64,000 bases of DNA from Candidatus Zixiibacteriota bacterium (GTDB lineage Bacteria > Zixibacteria > MSB-5A5 > GN15 > FEB-12): assembly GCA_040752815.1 (NCBI GenBank), contig JBFMGC010000002.1:35490-99489 (forward strand). The letters are read 5' to 3'. A program made the translations under genes and the position numbers. Position 1 is the first letter of the stretch. Every line of letters starts with the position of its first letter. Positions 27,545-35,872 of the stretch are shown one piece after another. The notes beneath the pieces were generated by a model. That model ran no database searches. It was not told the DNA's origin and worked only from the letters and a program-made list of their open reading frames with translations.

Positions 27545-28459
27545 TCACGGATACACGAACTTCTTGCTCTGTGACTCAGAAATAGTGTTTTTTACCGGCA
27601 TGCCGCTCGCGGTCAGCTCGTAATAAAAGGCCTCCTGACGCGACGATTCCGTGTGAGAAAGCATCGATTCGAACTCGACCAGCCACTCCCGCCGTGTCGA
27701 AAGCCCAGCCTGCCGCTGGGCGGCCTGTGACGCGGCGTCTCCTCCCAAACCGAAGAGCTTATTGACGTCATCGACTGTCCTATCGGACAGCCGGGCCAGT
27801 TCGGCCGGATTAGTGCTGGACGTGATCAGCAGCTTGCCGCACAGTTTTGATCCGATTCTGACAGTATCCACCAGTTCGCTGATACCGTACGATGTCAGCC
27901 TCCCTTCGACCGGTAGGGTGGGATAGGTGGTATCGCAGTAAGCCTGGCCCAGGCGCATTTCGCGCTCCACAAACGGGGAGAACTTGGCATTCCAGGTTTC
28001 GATTTCCTGCTGCTCAAGGACCTGGGCCGTGACGGCTTGTCGCACCGCCGCGGCTGTATCCGCTCCGACCAACTGGTCGAGTTTGTCAAGCAGCTCCTGG
28101 AAACCGGACACCCGCGTTATCCGGCCGGATGCATCTATCTGGAACACGATATGGCCCTGGGAAAAAAGTCCCACCAGCGGATTAATCACCGGTTGCCCGT
28201 CGCGGAAAACGATCACCGTATCGGTCAATCCGGACAGTTGGTACCCGCCGGGGACTGCCACCTGGGAGTGACGGGTTCTGGTCCAGGTGCTGTCGACCAT
28301 CTGCTGCTGGTCCTGAGCCGACACCTGGGTCATCGCCAACTCGACCACAAAAGAGACTGAATCGGGCGGGTGGTAAGTGAATCTCAAGGGTTGTGGTGGT
28401 TCCTGGTTGGCAGAACAAGCCGCCAGAGCGAGCAGGGCGATACAGATGAGTTGTCTCAC
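27545..28459 (-). CDS. lipoprotein of unknown function
   Basis: Lipobox MRQLICIALLALAAC-SAN. I recognise no family. Overlaps both neighbours by 4 nt. Confidence 0.5.
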   Translation of the reverse strand: MRQLICIALLALAACSANQEPPQPLRFTYHPPDSVSFVVELAMTQVSAQDQQQMVDSTWTRTRHSQVAVPGGYQLSGLTDTVIVFRDGQPVINPLVGLFSQGHIVFQIDASGRITRVSGFQELLDKLDQLVGADTAAAVRQAVTAQVLEQQEIETWNAKFSPFVEREMRLGQAYCDTTYPTLPVEGRLTSYGISELVDTVRIGSKLCGKLLITSSTNPAELARLSDRTVDDVNKLFGLGGDAASQAAQRQAGLSTRREWLVEFESMLSHTESSRQEAFYYELTASGMPVKNTISESQSKKFVYP

Positions 28460-29502
28460 GATTTACGTCCTTTGGATTTGAGGGTCGGCTTCGCCTCGGC
28501 GAGACGCCCGCTGTTTAGATGGTGCTCCAGCTCTTCGCGGAGCTGTGCAACCGTAACCGAGGCCGTGCCGACCTCGGCGACTGTCACCCCGGCGCCGGCA
28601 TTGGATACGATCGCCGCCTCGACCGGATCGGCCCCAGCCGCCACCGCCGAAACGTACACCGCGATAACCGTGTCCCCCGCGCCGGTGACGTCGTACACGT
28701 GGCGCGCAAAGGTCGGAATATGGGTAGGCGGGTGACCCCGCCGAAACAGGGACATCCCCTGCGGGCCGCGGGTGATCAGGATAGCTTCTGCTTCGAGCTT
28801 GTCGAGCAGCCCCTGACCGACCGCCAGGAGGTCATCCATGTTGAGAATCCGCCGCCCGAACGCAAAACCGGCCTCGTGGTGGTTCGGCGTTATGAGTGAT
28901 ACTCGGCGATAATGGTGGAAGCGGTTTTCCTTCGGATCGACCGCCACGAAGATCTTCTTCTTGAGACAGTATTCGACCACACTCTGGAGCAGCGACAGGG
29001 TGATCATCCCCTTGCCGTAGTCGGAGATTATCACCGCCGAAACGGTTCGGGCCGCCTTTTCAAAGCGCGCCATTATTTCGCGCTCGGCCGACGGATCCAG
29101 ATCGTGGCGAGTCTCGCGATCCGCACGCACCACCTGCTGGCTGTGGGCCATGATTCGGGTTTTGATGGTCGTTTGACGGGAACGGTCCTCAACCAGGTAG
29201 TCGGTGGCCATCCCACGCTCCCGCATGAGAGAGCGCAGTTGGTCCGCTGCGCGATCGTGCCCCACCACACCGAGCAGAATCGGCTTGTCCCCCAGGGCCC
29301 GGATATTGGCCGCCACGTTGGCGGCGCCCCCCAGCAGTTGGCGCGTCGACTCGATATCCACCACTGGTACCGGAGCTTCGGGGGAAATCCGGGCCACCGA
29401 GCCAAAGAGGTACTCGTCCAGCATGATATCGCCCAGGATTAGCACCCGGGCGTGCCCGATAGCGGCGGTCAGTTGCTGGATGCGCTTTCGGCTTAAGGAC
29501 AT
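28456..29502 (-). CDS. hldA: D-glycero-beta-D-manno-heptose-7-phosphate kinase (RfaE domain I, PfkB family)
   Basis: VLILGDIMLDEY, GGAANVA and the C-terminal DVTGAGDTVIA PfkB motif. The 348-aa stand-alone kinase matches HldA. Confidence 0.85.
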   Translation of the reverse strand: MSLSRKRIQQLTAAIGHARVLILGDIMLDEYLFGSVARISPEAPVPVVDIESTRQLLGGAANVAANIRALGDKPILLGVVGHDRAADQLRSLMRERGMATDYLVEDRSRQTTIKTRIMAHSQQVVRADRETRHDLDPSAEREIMARFEKAARTVSAVIISDYGKGMITLSLLQSVVEYCLKKKIFVAVDPKENRFHHYRRVSLITPNHHEAGFAFGRRILNMDDLLAVGQGLLDKLEAEAILITRGPQGMSLFRRGHPPTHIPTFARHVYDVTGAGDTVIAVYVSAVAAGADPVEAAIVSNAGAGVTVAEVGTASVTVAQLREELEHHLNSGRLAEAKPTLKSKGRKS

Positions 29503-29645
29503 GTGGCTCCTGTTTGGAGTCGGCCCTCAGTCGACCTCGTACGATCTTATCGACAAAGAGGTTGACTCGGGGGCCGAATATATTACAATGGTGGTTCTGT
29601 TACAAGCGAAGAACCACAGACCGGTTTCCCGGAGGGAAAATACCG

Positions 29646-29969
29646 ATGACCACCCCACCCAGACAGCAGATCAATATCGAACTTGGCGAAAAAGAGGCCG
29701 AGGGAACTTATGCCAATTTGGCAATGATCCACAACTCGCCGACGGAAATGGTGCTCGATTTTGCGCGCGTAATGCCCGCCGCCCCCAAGGCTAAGGTGGT
29801 GGCGCGCATTATCATGACCCCCATGCACACCAAGCTGCTGCTCCAGACACTGGAACAAAACATCAAGAAACATGAGGAACAGTTCGGGGAGATCAAGATG
29901 CACGGCGGCCCGCAAACCGGCGCCAAGCCGATCGGGTTTGAAACCGGTTCCATGGGAGCGGCCAAGTGA
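29646..29969 (+). CDS. DUF3467 family protein
   Basis: INIELGEKEAEGTYANLAMIHNSPTEMVLDFARVMP matches my memory of the DUF3467 core. ATG 29646 is preceded by GGAGGGAAAA. The track ORF starts further upstream at 29514. Confidence 0.7.
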   Translation: MTTPPRQQINIELGEKEAEGTYANLAMIHNSPTEMVLDFARVMPAAPKAKVVARIIMTPMHTKLLLQTLEQNIKKHEEQFGEIKMHGGPQTGAKPIGFETGSMGAAK

Positions 29970-31702
29970 AAAAGGGATACTTCACTGTAGTCCTGCACTC
30001 ACACCTGCCGTATGTTCTTTCTCATGGCCGCTGGCCCCACGGGACGGACTGGCTGTGCGAGGCCGCTGCCGAGACCTATCAGCCGTTGATTCGCGCCCTC
30101 CACGAGCTGGTCGCCGAAGGGTACCGCCCAAAACTGACTATCGGGCTGTCACCGGTGCTGTGTGAACAGCTCTCCGACAGCGAATTCAAGGAAGAGTTTG
30201 TCGCTTATCTCAACCAGAAAATCCGCGCCGCTCGTCACGACAGCGAGGAGTTCTACAAGTACGGCCAGGAAAACCTGCTGGCCACATCGCACATGTGGGA
30301 GGCGTTTTACGAAAAGACGCTCGAGCAGTTCAATTACATAGGCCAGGACATCCTGTATGAGTTCCGCCGACTTCAAGACGACGGCTATCTGGAGATCATC
30401 ACCTGCGGGGCGACTCACGGATACTTCCCGCTGTTATCTCGCGATGAATCCTTGCAGGCACAGACCAAAGCGGCGGTCAAAAACTACGAGAAACACTTCG
30501 GCCGTAAACCGCGCGGCATTTGGCTTCCTGAATGTGCCTACCGGCCGCGCTATCAATGGACACCACCCGTGCCGATACACGGCAGCCGGAACGGATACCA
30601 CCGGAAAGGGGTCGAGGAGTTTCTTTCCGAAAACGGGCTCGACTTTTTCATCATTGACTCGGCCCTGCTCAAGGGCGGCAAATCGATAGGCGTGTATATC
30701 GATCGGTTCGACGCCCTCAAACTGCTCTGGGACCAGTTCGAGAAGTATTATCAACCGAGAGCCGAAGAGTTCGACAAGACTCCCCGCGAGGTCTACTTCG
30801 CCGCCTCCAACACCGAGGGCAAAGCGCCCACCGCGGTGTTCACCCGCGACCCCGAGACCGGCCTTCTGGTTTGGTCGGGTGAACATGGCTATCCCGGCGA
30901 CGGGCACTATCTTGACTTCCATAAGAAGCGGTTCCCCGGCGGCCTGCGCTACTGGGCGGTTACCTCGGCGAAATCCGACCTGGCCGACAAGGTCGAGTAC
31001 CACCGCCATTCTGCACTGGGACGACTGGAAGAAAACGCCGCCCATTTCGCCGGCAAGGCCGAAGAAATCCTCTGTGCCTACCACGACGAGAGCAAGCGTG
31101 CCGGCATTCTGGTGGCGCCGTACGACGCCGAACTGTTCGGCCACTGGTGGTTCGAGGGGCCGCTCTTTCTCAAACAGGTCCTCAGGAAGGCATGCGAGTC
31201 AAAGAATATCGACCTCTCTTTCCTGTCCGAAGATCTTGACCGCCGCAAACCGACCCAGGTTGTTTCAGTCCCCGAAGGAAGCTGGGGTCAGGGGAATCAC
31301 CATTACATATGGCTCAACCAGCACACGGAGTGGACCTGGGTGCACATTTACGAGGCCGAATCGCGGATGTGCAAGCTGGCCCGGATCTGGCTCGACGAAC
31401 CGGCGCGGCGGACCTCCGAACTGGAGCAGGTACTCAAGCAGGCGGCACGGGAGCTGATGCTGCTGTCGGCGTCAGACTGGCAGTTCCTGATTTCGACTTT
31501 TGCGGCTCGTGACTACGCTGAACTGAGGCTGACTGAACATTACGAAGATTTCAAGCGGCTGGCCACGCTGGCTGAAAAGCTGATTGCCGGGGACCCGGTC
31601 TCGGACGGCGAGTGGCAGTATTTCCGCGACTGCGCCAAACGTGACACGCTTTTCCCGGAAATCGAATTGGAGTGGTTCGCCAAAGTCGAGTTTCCCGCTT
31701 AA
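29966..31702 (+). CDS. GH57-family 1,4-alpha-glucan branching enzyme
   Basis: GYFTVVLHSHLPYV, WLPECAY and APYDAELFGHWWFEG are GH57/DUF1957 signatures. The GTG start overlaps the upstream stop (GTGA). Confidence 0.9.
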   Translation: MKKGYFTVVLHSHLPYVLSHGRWPHGTDWLCEAAAETYQPLIRALHELVAEGYRPKLTIGLSPVLCEQLSDSEFKEEFVAYLNQKIRAARHDSEEFYKYGQENLLATSHMWEAFYEKTLEQFNYIGQDILYEFRRLQDDGYLEIITCGATHGYFPLLSRDESLQAQTKAAVKNYEKHFGRKPRGIWLPECAYRPRYQWTPPVPIHGSRNGYHRKGVEEFLSENGLDFFIIDSALLKGGKSIGVYIDRFDALKLLWDQFEKYYQPRAEEFDKTPREVYFAASNTEGKAPTAVFTRDPETGLLVWSGEHGYPGDGHYLDFHKKRFPGGLRYWAVTSAKSDLADKVEYHRHSALGRLEENAAHFAGKAEEILCAYHDESKRAGILVAPYDAELFGHWWFEGPLFLKQVLRKACESKNIDLSFLSEDLDRRKPTQVVSVPEGSWGQGNHHYIWLNQHTEWTWVHIYEAESRMCKLARIWLDEPARRTSELEQVLKQAARELMLLSASDWQFLISTFAARDYAELRLTEHYEDFKRLATLAEKLIAGDPVSDGEWQYFRDCAKRDTLFPEIELEWFAKVEFPA

Positions 31703-31789
31703 TGGCCGGCCGCTATATGTGTTGCCTGCCGACCCCGACTGACGGCGGACGGCCCGGAGGTTGAATCGGCACCCCTCGCGACAGGAGAA

Positions 31790-32707
31790 GTGAGTTTGGT
31801 TGATCTGGTCATAGTAGGATCGGTCGCGCTCGACACGGTCCAGACGCCGCACGGCAAGGTCTCCCGCGCCCTGGGCGGCACCGCGACGTACGCGTCGGTG
31901 GCGGCGTCGTATTTCGCCAAAACCGGAATAGTCGGAGTAGTAGGCGGGGATTTCGAGCCGCGGCATTTCGATCTGTTAGAGCGACGGAAGATCGATCTCG
32001 AGGGGCTGCAGGTGGTCCCGCGGGGACGGACTTTTCACTGGTCGGGCTTCTACGAGGGCGACATGAACCACGCCTACACACGCGCCACTCGGTTGAATGT
32101 GTTCCAGGCGTTCACGCCGATTATACCGCTCGAATACCGTCGGGCGCCGTTTCTGTTTCTCGGCAACATCCAGCCCGACCTGCAGCTTCAGGTGCTTCGC
32201 CAGATGAAAAGGCCGCGCCTGGTGTTGTGCGACACGATGAACTACTGGATAAAGTCAGAGAGGTCACGACTTGAACGGATCTTCCGCCGCTCTCATGTGA
32301 TTTGTATCAATGACGCCGAGGCCCGCCAGTTCACCGGCTGCCATGCGCTTCCCAACGCGGCGCGGGCGCTTCTCAAGCTCGGCCCCAAACGTGTTATCGT
32401 CAAGCTAGGCGGCTACGGTGTTCAGATGTACGGCAAAAACTCGTTTTTCGCCTTGCCGGCGCTGCCTCTGATGAAAGTGAAAGACCCCACCGGCGCGGGC
32501 GACACCTTTGCCGGCGGGTTTATAGGCAGCCTTTGCGGGGCCGACCGCCTCGACGAACACGCTTTTCGCCGGGCAATGGCGACCGGGACCGTGATGGCGT
32601 CGTTCTGCGTTCAGGATTTCAGTTGCCGCGCGACCGCAAACCTGACTCGGTACGCGATCAGGCGGCGGATTGCGTCGCTTCGTGCGCTGACCTATTTTCG
32701 CGCATAG
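31790..32707 (+). CDS. PfkB-family carbohydrate kinase
   Basis: VGSVALDTV N-terminus and the C-terminal DPTGAGDTFAGGF anion-hole motif. Confidence 0.8.
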   Translation: MSLVDLVIVGSVALDTVQTPHGKVSRALGGTATYASVAASYFAKTGIVGVVGGDFEPRHFDLLERRKIDLEGLQVVPRGRTFHWSGFYEGDMNHAYTRATRLNVFQAFTPIIPLEYRRAPFLFLGNIQPDLQLQVLRQMKRPRLVLCDTMNYWIKSERSRLERIFRRSHVICINDAEARQFTGCHALPNAARALLKLGPKRVIVKLGGYGVQMYGKNSFFALPALPLMKVKDPTGAGDTFAGGFIGSLCGADRLDEHAFRRAMATGTVMASFCVQDFSCRATANLTRYAIRRRIASLRALTYFRA

Positions 32708-32756
32708 GGCCGGAAGCGCTGTCGGGACCACGAGGGTCCCGATCTACTCCTGGACT

Positions 32757-33188
32757 ATGAAAGTCGTGAAACCGTACGAATTCAAAGACCACACCGCCGA
32801 TATAATCGCCCGCGCCGAAGGCGCGACCTTAGCGGAGGCGTTTGCCAACGCCGCGAGAGCGATGTTCGACATCATCACCGGCGGAGCGGAGATTCGAGCG
32901 GTGGAGAAACATTACATTACAGTCGAGTCTATCGATGTCGAAGGGCTGCTGGTCACGTTCCTCTCAGAGCTGATAGTCATGCACGAGACCCGGAACATCG
33001 TGCTGAGTGAGTTTCGAGTTACGTTCGATAGTGATCGCCGCCTGTTAGCGGTCTGTTTCGGTGAGCCGTTTGACTCCAAACGGCACGGCGGCGGCATAGT
33101 GGTCAAGGGTGTTTCGTATCACCTGATGGAGATCAATGAGGGAATTGGCGACACCCCTTGCCATGTGCAGGTGCTGTTTGATATATAG
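32757..33188 (+). CDS. archease
   Basis: YEFKDHTADIIARAEGATLAEAFANAARAMFD and the C-terminal KGVSYHLMEI match the archease family. 143 aa. Confidence 0.9.
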   Translation: MKVVKPYEFKDHTADIIARAEGATLAEAFANAARAMFDIITGGAEIRAVEKHYITVESIDVEGLLVTFLSELIVMHETRNIVLSEFRVTFDSDRRLLAVCFGEPFDSKRHGGGIVVKGVSYHLMEINEGIGDTPCHVQVLFDI

Positions 33189-33251
33189 TGTCAGCATATC
33201 TGGCAGTTGGGCGACACTACGACGTAGAGCGCTCAGCCGAAAGGAGGATCT

Positions 33252-33785
33252 GTGACTGTACTTGCTTTGGTGATCGCCACTACTCTGACTGTCGTGTCCG
33301 TGCCTGATGGCGGTTGCGTACTTGTCAACGGGTTTCTGGGTGACGGAGAATGGGACAGCTCGGCCAGTGCGCGACTCGACGCAGACACCGAGATTCGAGT
33401 CCACAAAGACGGTAGTGGCCTGTTCCTGGCCATCGCCTTCCAGGGGCCTCGGCACACGGGTGTAGACCTGTATCTCCGATCGCATGAGCGGACGCGGATG
33501 TTGCACGTCTCTTCAGCACTTGGGGAGAAAGTGCTCGACGAGGGGCGCTGGGCGGAGATGTCGTGGGGTCGCAATTCTTGGTGGTCGGCGAATGTGGTCG
33601 GGACGATCGTGGAGGGGGATCGTCAACGGTTCCTTGAACCCGAGGCATTCGAGTTCCAGCTCGACCGTCGCGAGCTTGGTGCCGACGTGTACCTCTTCGT
33701 GCACCTTAAGCGGCCCGAGAAATCGCTCCCGTTAGGAGTATCGCAGGAGGCCCCCGAGAAGTGGATGCGGCTGAGGCTCGAGTAG
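33252..33785 (+). CDS. N-terminally anchored/secreted protein, CBM9/DOMON-like by weak resemblance
   Basis: AAGGAGGA lies 4 nt before the GTG. Hydrophobic N-terminus VTVLALVIATTLTVVSV. NGFLGDGEWDSSA...IRVHKDGSGLFLAIAF resembles the DG-x-LDE-x-W / LYvAf pattern of CBM9-like domains. Confidence 0.45.
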   Translation: MTVLALVIATTLTVVSVPDGGCVLVNGFLGDGEWDSSASARLDADTEIRVHKDGSGLFLAIAFQGPRHTGVDLYLRSHERTRMLHVSSALGEKVLDEGRWAEMSWGRNSWWSANVVGTIVEGDRQRFLEPEAFEFQLDRRELGADVYLFVHLKRPEKSLPLGVSQEAPEKWMRLRLE

Positions 33786-33957
33786 GCTTGGTGTCGCCCA
33801 ACCAGCCGCTGCAGCGGACGGAGCCGCGTGTCACGTCCGTTGCGGTCGCAACGGCCGCGCCACTCGTCCCCGCCGCTGAGCGGGACCGATGTGAGCATCT
33901 GCCAGGCACGGTTTACGATATGGCACGCTGGAATATCGTCGGCCAAAGGAGTCAGCC

Positions 33958-35436
33958 ATGGTGTGGCGCGGAGTAGCGACCAAAGTAGATGATTGCCGGT
34001 TTCGTATCGAGCCGACTTATCAGTCGGACGCCATGAAACGGGCCAATCTCCGTATGCGGGTGCCGGGGCTGATTTATGCCGATCAGCCGATGTTCAACCA
34101 GATCATCCAGGATGATTCCCCCGATCAGGTGGCCAATGTCGCCACGTTGCCAGGCATTGTCGGATCTTCGTTCGCCATGCCGGACATTCACCACGGCTAC
34201 GGCTTCGCGATCGGCGGAGTGGCGGCGTTCGACGCCGAAGAGGGGATCATCTCGCCGGGAGGAGTGGGCTATGATATCAACTGCGGGGTGCGGCTAATAC
34301 GATCATCGCTGCGTTTCGATGACGTCAAGGCGCACATCAAACCGCTGGTGGACGCGATGTTCAGCAATGTCCCATCCGGGGTCGGCGCCGGAGGTAAGCG
34401 CAAGCTGTCGCACACTGAGATCGACGAAGTCCTGGCGCGCGGTTCTGAATGGGCGGTTACCGAGGGGTACGGCTGGAAGGGCGATCTCGAGGCCACCGAG
34501 GAAAACGGATGCATTCGCGGGGCCGATCCTGAGGCGGTCTCGGAAAACGCCAAGAAACGGGGCGCGCCGCAACTGGGGTCGCTCGGGGCAGGCAACCACT
34601 TTCTCGAAATCCAAAAGGTGGATGAAATCTTCGACCGCGACGCCGCCAAGGCGTTCGGCATCACCGAACAAGGCCAGATCACGATCATGATCCACACCGG
34701 CTCGCGCGGCTGCGGCCATCAAATCTGCACCGACTATCTCGATACGATGCGCCGCGCCAATCAGAAATACAACATTCCGTTGGTTGACCGTGAGCTTTCC
34801 TGCGCCCCGGCATCGTCACCCGAGGCGCGGAGGTACTTTGCGGCCATGAAGTGCGGTGCCAATTACGCCTGGGCCAACCGCCAGATGATCACCCACTGGG
34901 TGCGCGAGTCTTTTGAACAGGTGCTGGGCGAGGATGCGCACCGTCTTGGGCTCGCCCTCATTTACGACATCGCTCATAACATGGCCAAATTCGAGGAGCA
35001 TGAATACGAAGGGCGACGGCGCAAACTGTATGTGCATCGCAAAGGCGCGACTCGGGCGTTCGGGCCGGGAAATTCAGCGGTGCCGATGGCTTATCGAAAT
35101 GTCGGCCAGCCGGTGTTGATTCCGGGCGACATGGGGTCCGCGTCGTATTTGCTTGTGGGAACGGACCAGGCGATGCGGGAGACGTTCGGCTCCACTTGTC
35201 ATGGAGCGGGACGCCGCATGTCGCGCACGGCCGCTACAAAGATGTTCCGGGCCGATCAGGTGCGGGCGAGACTGGAACAACAGGGTATCTACCTTCGCGC
35301 CGCCAGCAAGAGCGGTGTGGCCGAAGAAGCGCCAGGAGTTTACAAAGACGTTGACGAGGTCGTACAGATCGCACACAACGCCGGGATCGCGCGGAAAGTC
35401 GCCCGCCTGCGCCCGGTGGGGGTGATGAAGGGGTAG
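33958..35436 (+). CDS. rtcB: RNA 3'-phosphate ligase RtcB
   Basis: MPDIHHGYGFAIGGVAA, GGVGYDINCGVR, GAGNHFLE, HTGSRGCGHQ and HRKGAT are canonical RtcB motifs. Confidence 0.95.
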   Translation: MVWRGVATKVDDCRFRIEPTYQSDAMKRANLRMRVPGLIYADQPMFNQIIQDDSPDQVANVATLPGIVGSSFAMPDIHHGYGFAIGGVAAFDAEEGIISPGGVGYDINCGVRLIRSSLRFDDVKAHIKPLVDAMFSNVPSGVGAGGKRKLSHTEIDEVLARGSEWAVTEGYGWKGDLEATEENGCIRGADPEAVSENAKKRGAPQLGSLGAGNHFLEIQKVDEIFDRDAAKAFGITEQGQITIMIHTGSRGCGHQICTDYLDTMRRANQKYNIPLVDRELSCAPASSPEARRYFAAMKCGANYAWANRQMITHWVRESFEQVLGEDAHRLGLALIYDIAHNMAKFEEHEYEGRRRKLYVHRKGATRAFGPGNSAVPMAYRNVGQPVLIPGDMGSASYLLVGTDQAMRETFGSTCHGAGRRMSRTAATKMFRADQVRARLEQQGIYLRAASKSGVAEEAPGVYKDVDEVVQIAHNAGIARKVARLRPVGVMKG

Positions 35437-35441
35437 ATCCG

Positions 35442-35468
35442 GTAGGGCAGGTTCGCCTCGAACCTGCC
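35442..35468. repeat. family A half-element GTAGGGCAGG-ttcgcctcgaa-CCTGCC
   Basis: Begins 6 nt after the rtcB stop codon. Confidence 0.5.
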
Positions 35469-35601
35469 AATCTCAGGCTTGTAGGTCGGGTTCCGAGCAT
35501 TGACCATTTGAGCGAGAAACCCGACATCGCTCATTATAAATCCCACCTTAAAAGGTGAGCCTGCCGGATCTCCTTTTCGCGAGATGAATCTCTTTTTTTT
35601 T

Positions 35602-35663
35602 TGATCGGCAGGGTTCCATCCCTGCCGCGTCGACCTGCGGCAGGCGCGGAGGCCTGCCGATCA
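35602..35663. repeat. composite element TGATCGGCAGG ... CCTGCCGATCA enclosing two CGGCAGG-N6-8-CCTGCCG hairpins
   Basis: Same architecture as 16084-16145: an outer inverted repeat plus two inner hairpins. A T10 run immediately precedes it (35593-35602). Confidence 0.55.
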
Positions 35664-35725
35664 GTTACAAAGGCATTTCAATCCCACCAAGAGTGCTGGG
35701 CCACCGAGGGCTTCATAACCGTGCC

Positions 35726-35747
35726 CGGCAGATGCCCTCATCTGCCG
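35726..35747. repeat. hairpin CGGCAGATG-ccct-CATCTGCCG
   Basis: Read directly from the sequence. Confidence 0.45.
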
Positions 35748-35784
35748 ACGGAAGGGCAGTTCTTCACTCGAGAATTACTTCCAT

Positions 35785-35803
35785 CCCACCCAAAGGGGTG
35801 GGG
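35785..35803. repeat. hairpin family B copy: CCCACCC-aaa-GGGGTGGGG
   Basis: Read directly. Degenerate relatives lie at about 35541-35560, 35683-35705 and 35821-35850, all with ...ccaccgag... tails. Confidence 0.5.
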
Positions 35804-35872
35804 CACCGAGCACTTTCTCAATCCCATCGGAAATAGAGTGCCACCGAGAGGCGTCTCTACCTACAGGTTAAA

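Noticed and set aside
30434-31144. 236-aa minus-strand ORF
   Set aside because: It is antisense to the GH57 gene. Shadow ORF.
35593-35602. T10 homopolymer as a phase-variation tract
   Set aside because: It is intergenic and not within or just upstream of a start codon. More likely it is part of a weak terminator or REP context downstream of rtcB.
35437-35872. Possible CRISPR array or tandem repeat
   Set aside because: The units are palindromic hairpins from several different families, with irregular spacing (about 38 to 102 nt) and no constant repeat/spacer periodicity. No cas genes are present.
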